This document shows, one piece after another, positions 37,166 to 47,771 of a stretch of 64,000 nt of DNA. Position numbers and translations under genes: made by a program. Every line of letters begins with the position of its first letter. Position 1 is the first letter of the stretch. The notes under the pieces were generated by a model. That model did not search any database. It was not told the origin of the DNA and saw only the letters and a list, made by a program, of their open reading frames with translations. The DNA is taken from positions 13,546,633 through 13,610,632 of the forward strand of contig OZ037769.1 in the NCBI GenBank assembly GCA_964035545.1, read 5' to 3'. This DNA comes from Bugula neritina. Its lineage: Eukaryota > Animalia > Bryozoa.

Positions 37166-40100
37166 GCAGTCTACACACACCTACACACACATCTGCAAGC
37201 TATGTTTTATAATCCACTAAGCATACACTCGAAATGGCTGAGAACAAAAGAAAGTGAATAGCTGTTGAAGTAGCATAAAGACTGCATGATGTTGTAAAGT
37301 GTGTTATTGTGTAAATGAAAGGCCCTCTTTTTTGATATGTAGCCCAAGTTTTCTGCAAGCTCTGAGACTACGTATTACACTCCTCGTATTCCTATAATAG
37401 TTGTACTTTCGACCCATAGTCTATAGGCCATCACTTCATATTATCATAGCATAATGTCTATGATTTGGAAGCCAACAATATTGTAGTTTAAGTACAAAGG
37501 TGTGAGTGAGTAAAAAGCTACTAGAAAGGTTTTTGGTTTATGTTTACTGTGAAACAACTTTATTTTTTTTATTCAATGTTTGTTTTCTTAGCTAATAGCT
37601 ACACAATAGTTGGTGTTTTAGCTGAAAATTAGGCTGTTTGTTTATAGATTCCTTTCTTCGGATACATCCATTGCTGAATTTTAACTTGATTTCAGAAATA
37701 ACAATTTGTTATTTTACAAAATATTTTTGCTTTAAAGCTGTTGCTGTTACATATTAATATTGTTATTATGCTTATCGTATTCACACGCAGTCATCTATTT
37801 GGATAGCAACAACTTAAGCTTTAACAGTGCACATGAAATATAACAAAACTATTTTAGTAGTATATATGCTTAAAATGTCTATATAATTATATGGCACTGG
37901 CTCTATAGACAGTAAATTACCGGTGCTTGAGCAATTTGTTTTAGATAACATGTTTTAAATAAGATTTAAGCTGTGAGCAACATGAACAAGCTGTTGATGA
38001 CAAAGATAATGAAAATAGTAGTTTACAGGTTACGTGTTTACTCAATAGCGTTTATTAAACGTTATTGCTATGTCTTTGCCTGTATACTTACAATGGCCTT
38101 CATCTTTGCAACAGAAACTAGCAATGATCTTAATATAAAGTAAATACCTACAATGTATGGAGTGTACTGACCTACAACACAGGTCTTGAGTCGTGATTTT
38201 ATAGTGAACATGAGTCATTCAGAAATTTATAACTTGTGCAGAAAGGATGACCTGTATGCTTTACACTTTTAGTTTTCTATTGTTTAAACATATATTATCT
38301 TATAAAATTATAGTTTGTATTTTAAATTTTATGTTTTTAATATATTTTAAAATTATATATATAAGTCTGAACTCAAGATTATGAAATTTGTACAGAATAT
38401 AAAATTATAGAATAATAGCTTATAGATTTCTTGCAGCCTAATTATTATTGAATATAGGGTACTTGGTCACAAATTTTCCCATTCCCAATTAAACTGATAG
38501 TAGGAGTTGTGTCCTCCAATCCTGATTGAACCCATGATTGTCTTCCATTCTTGTTAACTTTAGCAGTTGGCAATGTGAAGAAGATCATGTGGCCACAATT
38601 CCATTTTAAAATTAGTAGCAAATCATTTATTTCAATTTACCTTTTACTCCGCTGCTTTCAATTGCAGCTTAATAATTTTATTAATTTGTGAAATGCACTA
38701 TAATTCAACAAAGTTTCTATTCACCTGGTAATGTTGAAATTATTGTGGTCTTCGTTAGACATTGAAGAGTAGATGTATTATTCATGACCACCCTAGATGT
38801 AGTACCTAGTATTACTAGTATTCGAATGATTAGGATAGTTAATCAAACTCGACCATTTTAATAGTTGTAGTATAAGTTACACATATTTTATTAGTTTACA
38901 TTATACAGTTAGTTCTCACAAAACATACAATATTATTACACTATATACAGTTGAAATATACAAGGGAAACATGTAACTTTCACTATTTTAGGATAACATA
39001 TCCCATGTGATATGATAAAACAGTACATTTAATAAAAGTCATACTGTCCATGCTTAAAGGTGAAGCATGTTTTGAAGGCTTTCCACCATTTCCTGTCCTT
39101 TGAGCTGTTAGTTTTACTATATTTATAAAAAATGGTATTAGTGTCACTATCACCGTCATTTCTCAGCTTATTTCTGGTGTATAGCCAAGTATACGCTTGA
39201 ATATAGAGATGAGAGTTATCTTCTCTCTATTGAATGTGTAGACAACTCCATAGTCACTCTCTTCTGCAATGCTCTCTAATCTCATGTCATCTTTTATCAC
39301 TTTCTCAAATTCACACACACCTTCATCTAACCCATCTCTTCCAACTGCACTCTTCACTTTCCTGATGAATATTTTCATCTCAATTTCATCTGCAGGTCTA
39401 AAAATATATTTAACATAATATATAGTTACACACTTCGCTAATTCACTATATTCATAACAGGTCAATTTAATTGTATATATTTTATAGCATCTATAATATA
39501 TGCTATTATAATAATATAAATATCAAAAAGAGTAATTAATTCACGTATCTATAACTACTTCATACACATAGTGTTCCACTTTGCGTCATGACATCATGAA
39601 AAACATCATGTCCCTCCAAATTAGTAACAAATATTTACTTTTTAAAATTCATTAGAATTAAGTATTCTGCATTAACTTTTCTGTTTATTTTATGCTAAAA
39701 TAATAACATACAGATGATACTACTACTAGTCTACATAGGTAAGCTACAGTGACTGAGGAAATTGAATATAAAACTTACTGGATTAGAGTGTAGGTTGATG
39801 AAATAGTCTTATCAACATCAACTGTAGCCAGAGCAGCATTACCAGAGACTGTATACATTTTAGTATGCATTCTATCACTTGATATCACAGAGTATAACAT
39901 ATGATAATATTGAGAGAGAAAGTAGTATAATAAGCAGCTTCCTTCAACAAGTGAGAAATTCAAAGTGAGCCAACAGTCAGTTTGATTGTTGAACTGGTTG
40001 CATGACACAACGTAATAAAAATTTGAATTCGGCATTGTTGTCATTGAGTTACATTATTTTATACATGAAACATAATTTAAGTATGGAATTGTCATTTCCT

Positions 40101-41132
40101 GAGAATTTTCAGTTGCCATTTAAAATCAATTTTCTACATGTGGCTCTATACAGTTCTATATAAACATGTATTCAAATGATTTAGTCGAGTTTGTTCTCAT
40201 ATTGAGTTGGGGGTTTAGTGGTTCTTTTGGCAGTCATACAACCTTTGCTATACTCCTCTCCTTCTTTCTGTCTGGTTGATATATACTCATTTAAAATTTT
40301 ATTATATAGAGGAAAGAATGGCTGAATTTAATGATCAACCGTGAGTTAAACCTGGTATATTCTACTATATACATGCCATGACTCACCTTAAGTGAGATTT
40401 CAGACCCATAGCTTAGTGAGATATGGAGAGAGCACTGTATCTACAATGCTATGATTTTATATATATACAAATATGTGTTATATAACCTCTTTAACTATTT
40501 AGTTATGTTCTTGTTCCAGCGTATTTAGTATATGATTTGTTTATATGACTTTGCGGATACAGTAGCATAAAAACTGTTTGAAAGTGGTAGTAGGTTTTCA
40601 ACTCCATTTTGAATTTAAATGAATTGCTATAATTAAGTTATGACTTTGCTGACATACGGGATGGCAGCACAGCACTAGATATAGCTCTGGAATATGAACA
40701 CAAGGAGACAGCAAAGCACTTTTTTGCATTTGAAAAGTCGTCTCCCCGGCAGAGATACTCTTCGGTTAGCTGATTTCCTTGGTCAGAAGAGTAGCAGCTT
40801 AAGATTGTATCTGGTGACTATCTAACACACCTTTATTCACATAATAATCATGTTCATTGTGGTTTATAGGTTCAAAGGTCACCAAACAATAGGCACATTC
40901 CACGTTCTGCAAGAAGTCGTAACTCCCAAAGAAGTTCTTCATATTCGTCTTCAAGGTAGGCTGCCACTTGTCTAGGAACTAAGGCTGTACTAGGCTTTGA
41001 ACAGCTTAAAAATTATTGTAGTAGAAATTAGCTTTGTCTGCTTCTAGTTTTATTGTTTATTTAATTTTAGGTCCCCCAGCTTTCAATGACCTATTTAAAA
41101 AAGCTATAATCTCAGAAGAAGACAACTCTGAA

Positions 41133-41674
41133 AGTAGTAGCGAATCGACCAATCCCAAACCCTTCTACCCTCCATGGCTCCTCGCAACAAGTTGCGAGTC
41201 CCCATGGAGGGTAGAAGTATTTGGGATTGGTCGATTCGCTACTACTCTCTAATAAGTTTTATTAAAAGTAGTGTAATATTATAAATTTTTATTAAAGTAA
41301 AGTAATATTATAAATTTTTTTAGAAAAAAAAATATTTTTTAAAAATAAGAAAAAATATTTTTTTAAAAAAAAGCGTTTTTTAAGCAATACTAAAATTAGC
41401 TATTCATTAATACTATTATAATAAAGTTTAAAATATACGTAGATAAAAGGTAACGCTACAATAGGATATTCGTCATTAGGAATATCGGTTAAAACTACGT
41501 CATTGGGTTTATGACTAGTATAATCACTCGAAAGAGCTATTGTAAATGAAAAATTATTATTAGCGTTAACGATTTTATTAATATTTATTTTACTATACGA
41601 AACGTTATGTTCAGCACCGCTAATAGTATAAAATAAATTTTCTTTAGATTCATCAAATGGATTTTCACTATTAC
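41133..41674 (+). repeat. Left terminal inverted repeat (542 bp) with a 114-nt terminal hairpin (41133-41246)
   Basis: Reverse complement of 59890-60431 except for a 2-nt difference (41160-41161) and the hairpin core. Confidence 0.95.
41400..41674 (-). pseudogene. 5'-truncated copy of the 59652-60164 ORF captured in the left TIR
   Basis: Matches the reverse complement of 59890-60164 (C-terminal ~90 codons). Confidence 0.9.
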
Positions 41675-41828
41675 TTTATTATTTTTTTATAAAAAAAGAG
41701 AAGCGTTAAAAAACGACTTTTTTTATATTTTTTTTATTAATTTTTTAAAAAAATATTTTTAAAAAATATTTTTTTTTATTTTTTTAAAAAAAATATTTTT
41801 TTTTTAAAAAAAGCGTTAAAACGGATAT

Positions 41829-42605
41829 TTAAATGCTGTAACTTGAAAATACTGGTAAAGATTCACTAGATTCGGTTATATCTCCATCACTCGTTGATAA
41901 TACTAATCTATTACCAATCGCTCCTTGTAATTTAGGAATAGCGTAATTATCTATATTATAAGTAGTAATAAGATTTGAAATATTTATACCCGTTTCTACG
42001 ATATTACCATTACTCGAAAGCATTAATAATTTACCTCCGATTGATGGTTGTATTTTATTCATAGCAAAATTATTTATATTACTAGTCGTAATAACATCGC
42101 TAACGCTTAAACTACTATCTATAACGTTACCCGAAGTAGTTGAAACGGTTAATTTTTCATTCGCGGGTTGTATTTTTGGTATAGCAAAATTATTTATATT
42201 ATTAGTTGTAACAACATCGCTAACGCTTAAATTACTATCAATAATATTACCCGTATTAGTTGATACGGTTAATTTTTCAGTTGGATCTCGTATAAGAGGT
42301 ACGGCGTAATTAGATACATTAGTTCTCGTAACGACATCATCAACTTTTAAATCGCTATCTATAACGCGTCCGTCATCAGTTGATATAGTTAATTGATTAA
42401 TAGGGTTCTGTATTTTAGGCATACTCGTATTATCAACGTATTTTTTTGTAGCCGCGTCTTGATCGTCAGCCGGATCAATGACTCTAGATATTTTATTTTC
42501 CCCCATATCTAGCGTACCCGTAAGAGTACTACTACCGTTTATTAAAACGAATTTTTTCGTATCTATTTCCGTTTTTCCACTTCCTCCAAATTTATAAACA
42601 CTCAT
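41829..42605 (-). CDS. Polinton fiber-like protein with ~40-aa tandem repeats
   Basis: LDMGENKISRVIDP..DAATKKYVD motif seen in fibrous tail/adhesin proteins, then about 5 repeats PKIQ..LTVST..G.IIDS.L.VSDV.T..NI.N.A (120-bp DNA period at 42061/42181). Confidence 0.7.
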   Translation of the reverse strand: MSVYKFGGSGKTEIDTKKFVLINGSSTLTGTLDMGENKISRVIDPADDQDAATKKYVDNTSMPKIQNPINQLTISTDDGRVIDSDLKVDDVVTRTNVSNYAVPLIRDPTEKLTVSTNTGNIIDSNLSVSDVVTTNNINNFAIPKIQPANEKLTVSTTSGNVIDSSLSVSDVITTSNINNFAMNKIQPSIGGKLLMLSSNGNIVETGINISNLITTYNIDNYAIPKLQGAIGNRLVLSTSDGDITESSESLPVFSSYSI

Positions 42606-43051
42606 TTATAATTAAAGTAAAGCTTTAATGATATTAATTCGAATGGTAAAGCGATATCATTATTAACTATAATATTATTAGGTTTACGACTAGTATAATC
42701 GCTCGAACACTCCAATACTAATCCAATATTTTTATCGGCGTCAATATATTCCAGCATAGGTATTTTTATACGCGCGACGCCTCCTCGAATTATATATTCC
42801 TTACTTTCATGCCTAATAGGACCGTTAATATTTCCGATAACTAAAGTTAATTTTTTATCCTTCCAATACAAAGAATTATTATCATTAACCGGTAAATGTT
42901 GCAATTCTAATAAAGCGTACGTTAATTCAATAGGTTTATCCACCATATACCCTAATAATATTGCCGTATTAATGGTTGTACTAGAAAATTCATTAAGAAA
43001 AGTATTATTTTTAGTTACAACTCTTTCGATAAAATTATTTTTTCCACTCAT
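42602..43051 (-). CDS. Polinton hypothetical protein, paralog of the 59137 and 59652 ORFs
   Basis: Shared motifs VDKPI, LYW.DKK, SSDYTS.KPN, ALPF..KLY.NYK. Confidence 0.8.
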   Translation of the reverse strand: MSGKNNFIERVVTKNNTFLNEFSSTTINTAILLGYMVDKPIELTYALLELQHLPVNDNNSLYWKDKKLTLVIGNINGPIRHESKEYIIRGGVARIKIPMLEYIDADKNIGLVLECSSDYTSRKPNNIIVNNDIALPFELISLKLYFNYK

Positions 43052-43054
43052 TTA

Positions 43055-43810
43055 TTAAGGTATATAAAATTCGTCTAAGCTATGCCTATACCTTCCATTA
43101 TTTTTTGAGGAAGAAAGATCTAAAGTAATAAAGCCGTGAGGTTTTTGCCATCCTTTATAACAAAAGTTTTTAAATTCGTTTAACGTTAAATCTCCGCTTA
43201 CGTGATCTTGATATATGTGATTTAAATTTTTTCCGTTTTGAGGAAATAAACAAATAAAATTAGCGTTTTCTCGAATAGTGTTTCTAGGCAGCTTAAAATA
43301 ATTTTGCGACAAATAAAAGCAATCAATGTTATTGTGTCGTCCTCTTACGTAATAACTTTCGCAAGTTTTTTGTTTTTCCAACATTAAATCATCGAATATT
43401 ATTAAATTTTTATTACTAGCGTTTAATTCGCTAGGATCATAAACGTCGTCACTAGATTCTATAAATTCGGCGTCTATATTACCGTTACCCTTACTATTTT
43501 TTAAAACACGAGTTACATTTATACCCGAATTTACTATTGCGTCACTATTTTTAAAAAAATTTAAAATTTCTTTAGTTAATTTACGTTCGAAAGCCTTCCT
43601 CATATTTATATATTCGGGTTGAAAAAGACTTTTACCGTAAATTATAAGTTTATCGTAATCGAGCCAATTAGGTCGTAATAATAAATTACAAAGTAAAGTA
43701 GTTTTACCGCATCCAGACTTTCCAACGATAAGACCTCTTATGCTTTTAGGAAGTAAAGGATTATTATTACGATTAATTTCGTTTTTCCACGAAAGATTTT
43801 CTATTTCCAT
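43055..43810 (-). CDS. A32/FtsK-like genome-packaging ATPase
   Basis: Walker A GKSGCGKT, Walker B IIFDD, RGRH and LSQNYFKLP..IRENAN motifs. Confidence 0.93.
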   Translation of the reverse strand: MEIENLSWKNEINRNNNPLLPKSIRGLIVGKSGCGKTTLLCNLLLRPNWLDYDKLIIYGKSLFQPEYINMRKAFERKLTKEILNFFKNSDAIVNSGINVTRVLKNSKGNGNIDAEFIESSDDVYDPSELNASNKNLIIFDDLMLEKQKTCESYYVRGRHNNIDCFYLSQNYFKLPRNTIRENANFICLFPQNGKNLNHIYQDHVSGDLTLNEFKNFCYKGWQKPHGFITLDLSSSKNNGRYRHSLDEFYIP

Positions 43811-43822
43811 TTATTATAATAA

Positions 43823-45187
43823 ATGTATTGTTGTAAGTGTAAAACTAAAACGAAAACTCTTAATTACAAAAAGAGAGTAAGTAAAAATAATAGACTAATG
43901 GGTTACTGTAATTGCGGTCAATGCGGATGTAAAAAGACTACATTTGTTGGGTCGGGTTTAGCGAATAATTTAATAAATAATTTACCTTTCGAATTGCATT
44001 ATCCAGGCCATAATTTTTTAGGACCAGGTACTAAATTAAATAAGCGTTTAAATGACGACACGACTCCTAAAGAATGGAGTAAACCGGTAAATCGAGACGA
44101 CGCTATAGCCATGAGACACGACGTGTGTTACGCGCTTAATAAAGATACTAAGACTAGAAACGAAATATGTGATAAAAATATGCTAGACGAATTGAAAGCT
44201 ATACCTAATCCTACACCCGCCGAACAGCGACACAGTCGTTTCGCTTCGGCAATAATAGGAGCGAAAAAGCGCTTAGGATGGGGATGGACGAATGAGTTAG
44301 CCGAAGAATTGCATAAACCCGTACAAAAAAAATTTCGTAAAAGACGAGTTTGGGTATCGGGTATTGATAATACTTGGGCGGCCGACTTGGTTGATATGAC
44401 TGAATTTGCTAAATTTAATAACGGTTATAAATATTTACTAACGGTAATAGACGTGTTTTCAAAATACGGTTGGATTATACCTTTAAAAAATAAAACCGGA
44501 AAAGCAGTTGCTTTAGCTTTAAAAACACTTTTAACTTGCCGTAAGCCTCAACATCTATGGGTTGACAAGGGAAAAGAATTTTATAATAAAGACGTAAAGT
44601 CCTTAATAGACTTATATTCTACAGAAAATGAAGAAAAGTCTAGCGTAGTAGAAAGGTGGAATAGAACTATGAAAGAGCGAATGTTTAAATATTTTTCGGC
44701 TAATAATACTTATAAATATATAGACGTACTAAAAGATTTAGTAAAACGGTATAACGAGACTAAACATTCGTCTATTGGAATGGCACCGATTGAAGCTAGT
44801 GATCCTTCTAACGAAAATAAAGTACGCGTAAAATTATATCCAAATTTACCAGCGCCTTCTAAACCTAAATTCGCTATAGGTGATAGAGTGCGTATACCGC
44901 GTAAGAAACGAACGTTTGAAAAAGGTTATACAGTTAGATGGACGGAGGAGGTGTTTACTATAAATAAAATATTATATACTAATCCGACTACTTATAAATT
45001 AACTGACTCGGGTGGAGAAGAAATTTAAGGATCTTTTTACGAACAGGAATTACAAAAGACGAGGCAAGAAATGTATAGAATAGAGCGCGTAATTAAAAAG
45101 AAAGGTAAAAAGGCTTTAGTAAAATGGTTGGGTTATCCCGATTCTCAAAACTCGTGGGTAAATTTAAACGTTTTAGAACGATTATAG
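43823..45187 (+). CDS. Zn ribbon + parvovirus-type PLA2 + retroviral-like (DDE) integrase + chromodomain; in-frame TAA at 45026-45028 removes the chromodomain
   Basis: CxxC..CxxC N-terminus; HNFLGPGT..PVNRDDAIAMRHDVCY; WAADLVDM, WVDKGKEF, VERWNRT. Past the stop the frame continues GSFYEQELQK..YRIERVIKK..LVKWLGYPDSQNSWV to TAG at 45185-45187. Confidence 0.92.
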
Positions 45188-45339
45188 TGGACACAAACAC
45201 ATTTGTGTCCTGGACACAAATGTGGACACTAGACACAAAAGTGGACACAAATGTGGACACTAGACACAAATGTGGACACAAATGTGGACACTAGACACAA
45301 ATGTGGACACTAGACACAAAAGTGGACACAAATTTGTGT
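45188..45339. repeat. Internal GACAC-core tandem repeat array in the Polinton
   Basis: 13 forward GACAC copies in mixed 12-mer (GTGGACACAAAT) and 19-mer (GTGGACACTAGACACAAAW) units. Confidence 0.9.
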
Positions 45340-45347
45340 TTATATAA

Positions 45348-46160
45348 ATGAGTTACTTAAAGATTCACGACCCTATAAAAAGAGATAAAACCGTACAAGA
45401 TTTTATTTCTCAAAAGAATAAATTAAAAGAAATTTTTAAACGAGAACGCGAGCGAGAATTAAATGCGGCTATAGCTCAAGAAAAGTTTTTTGAACCCGTA
45501 ACGAATTCGCAAGCTCAAACAACTGACGCGTTAAAACAATTGCTTACATTACCCAATTATAATGTTCAACCGGCTATAACGGACAGAGTTATAAATTTAG
45601 ACGAATTTACTCAAAACGCTTTAGCTGGCTTAGAACTCGGCGCTTATAACGTAAAGTGGGATGGTAATAGACACGTTATTGGTACGAAACCTATAAGCTT
45701 TAACGATGGTAAAATAATTTTTGACAACGAAGAATATCCGGCGACTAGAGGACTTTTAAGTCTTTTAACGCGTAAAACACCTATAGGATACGATGATAAT
45801 GATTTAGCGAATTACGCTAATATACTCGATAATAGCGGTGCTATATACCAAAGTAAACACGGTCCCACGGATAAAAATAGTGATAAGTGGAGACGTATTG
45901 TTAGACCTATTTGGGAACAATTATATCCTCAGAGAGCGAAACTCGCCGATAGTAAAAAAGCTAAAAGGCAAGTTGGTGATGGAGTAGTATATTTATCGTC
46001 TGATCCTAACGCTTTAGTAGAACGACTCGAACTTTTAATTTCTAGCGCTAAAGCCGGAAATACGGGAGTACGAAACGAAATTGTGTTTATATTAGACGAA
46101 TTACTTAGAATGAAAATTATTACTCGTAACGAATATAAAAACATTCTTTTATATTTATAA
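45348..46160 (+). CDS. Conserved Polinton hypothetical protein (putative core protein)
   Basis: 270-aa ORF with TAAATG start. The C-terminal YLSSDPNALVERLELL..KAGNT..NEI..ILDEL motif is recalled from Polinton proteins, not searched. Confidence 0.75.
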   Translation: MSYLKIHDPIKRDKTVQDFISQKNKLKEIFKRERERELNAAIAQEKFFEPVTNSQAQTTDALKQLLTLPNYNVQPAITDRVINLDEFTQNALAGLELGAYNVKWDGNRHVIGTKPISFNDGKIIFDNEEYPATRGLLSLLTRKTPIGYDDNDLANYANILDNSGAIYQSKHGPTDKNSDKWRRIVRPIWEQLYPQRAKLADSKKAKRQVGDGVVYLSSDPNALVERLELLISSAKAGNTGVRNEIVFILDELLRMKIITRNEYKNILLYL

Positions 46161-46163
46161 TAA

Positions 46164-46475
46164 ATGTACGTTTACGATAAAAGACAACGATTACAAAGAC
46201 ACTACGCCGGTGGTGGAATATTTGATACCATTAAAAATGTAGTAACTAAAATAGCTAGTAATTCCAGCGTAAGAGAATTAGGTAAAAAGGCTATAGTTAA
46301 AGCGGGTACCGCGGCCGGTGAAAAAATTGTTAACGCTATTAAAAAAAGAAGGCAAAAAAAGTTGAACGCTAAAAGTCAAGCTATATTACAAAAACTTAGT
46401 TTAGCTAAAGATGTATTAAATAATAGTAATATAAGTAATATTTTAGAAGGAAGCGGACAAGCTATAGCTTATTAA
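46164..46475 (+). CDS. Small basic virion protein with an amphipathic helix after GGG (putative membrane-active peptide precursor)
   Basis: YAGGG|IFDTIKNVVTKIAS..LGKKAIVKAGTAAGEKIV; lies directly upstream of the major capsid gene. Confidence 0.65.
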   Translation: MYVYDKRQRLQRHYAGGGIFDTIKNVVTKIASNSSVRELGKKAIVKAGTAAGEKIVNAIKKRRQKKLNAKSQAILQKLSLAKDVLNNSNISNILEGSGQAIAY

Positions 46476-46496
46476 GAAATTATTTTACTATAATAA

Positions 46497-47771
46497 ATGG
46501 ACTCTCTGAACATTACACAAAAAATTGTACTCGATACGAGCGTAGAGCGCGATCAGGTACACGAATACGAACCCGTAACGGGAACGAATTTAAATTACCC
46601 CGGTGAAATTAGAATAGTTATTAATCAGCAAGATTTGTACGTTCAACCGAGTAAAAGTTATTTAATTATTGAAGGTCGTTTAACTAAAGCCGACGGAACC
46701 GCATACGCCGACGCTGACTTAGTAACGTTAACGAATAACGGTATGGCTTATTTGTTTAAAAGTATTAGATATCAACTCGACGGACACGACTTGGAATATA
46801 TAAATAATCCCGGACACGCTTCGACTATGATGGGTTTACTAACTTACCCCGACGACTACGGTAAGTCGAGAGGTCTTAATCAGTTGTGGTCAAAAGATAC
46901 TACCGCAGCCGCTGCCGCCGCTAATTTAGGTTTTAACGCGCGTCAAATTTATATTATACAAAAGCCCGACCCTAAAGGTACTTTTAGTATTAAAGTGAAT
47001 CTCAGACATTTGTTCGGGTTCGCTGATGACTACGAAAAAGTATTATACGGTATAAAACATCAACTAACGCTAGTAAGCGATACTAATGATAATGCCATAT
47101 TTAGAGCTAATGGCGTTGATGCCGGTAAAATAACGTTGGATAAAGTGTCGTGGTGGATGCCTCACATAACACCTGACTTCGAAATGAAACATAAGCTTTA
47201 TAAAATTATAGAGAGTAAAACGCAGCTTCCCATAATTTATAGGTCTAGGCGGTGTGATAGTATTGCGGTACCGCAAACTACTAATTTTACGTGGCGTTTA
47301 GGTTCTAGAGGAGATACTGAAAAACCTAAATATATTATTGTAGGTTTTCAAACGGATAAGACGGAAAGTCAAACGACTAATCCGGCCGTATTCGATCACG
47401 TTAACGTTAAAAGTATATACGCGATGCTAAATAGCGAGCGATATCCCGAAGTTGATTACGATATAGATTTTGCTAAAATGAAGTTTAGTAGAGTGTACGG
47501 AGACGCTTCTAAATTTTGTGGAGAATATTACGGTATAAACGAGCTAATCGCTTATTCAAACGTATTACCTTCCGAATATAAAGATCTTTACGCTTTGTTC
47601 GTAATAGACGTTAGTAAGCAAAGCGAGGCTCTTAAAAGTAGCGTAGCCGATATTCAATTGAGAGTTCAGTTTAGTCAAAACGTGCCGGCTAATACTCAGG
47701 CGTACGCGTTAATTCTATCGGATAAAACTATGTCTCTTAGTTCCGATGGAAATAATTTAAAAGTTATATAA
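46497..47771 (+). CDS. Double jelly-roll major capsid protein (hexon-like)
   Basis: 424 aa, beta-rich; Polinton MCP-like motifs (SYLIIEGRL, LRHLFGFADDY.K, PKYIIVGFQT, LNSERYP, LFVIDVSKQ) and position in the element. Confidence 0.85.
   Translation: MDSLNITQKIVLDTSVERDQVHEYEPVTGTNLNYPGEIRIVINQQDLYVQPSKSYLIIEGRLTKADGTAYADADLVTLTNNGMAYLFKSIRYQLDGHDLEYINNPGHASTMMGLLTYPDDYGKSRGLNQLWSKDTTAAAAAANLGFNARQIYIIQKPDPKGTFSIKVNLRHLFGFADDYEKVLYGIKHQLTLVSDTNDNAIFRANGVDAGKITLDKVSWWMPHITPDFEMKHKLYKIIESKTQLPIIYRSRRCDSIAVPQTTNFTWRLGSRGDTEKPKYIIVGFQTDKTESQTTNPAVFDHVNVKSIYAMLNSERYPEVDYDIDFAKMKFSRVYGDASKFCGEYYGINELIAYSNVLPSEYKDLYALFVIDVSKQSEALKSSVADIQLRVQFSQNVPANTQAYALILSDKTMSLSSDGNNLKVI

Noticed and set aside
41034-41252. 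72-aa ORF across the left junction
   Set aside because: Chimera of host flank and terminal hairpin.
45188-45339. Repeat array as a CRISPR-like locus, or as a match to the vaccinia resolution sequence (CTAGACAC core)
   Set aside because: There are no unique spacers and no cas genes. The vaccinia resemblance is short, recalled from memory, lacks the T-tract and is not near the termini, so it is probably chance.
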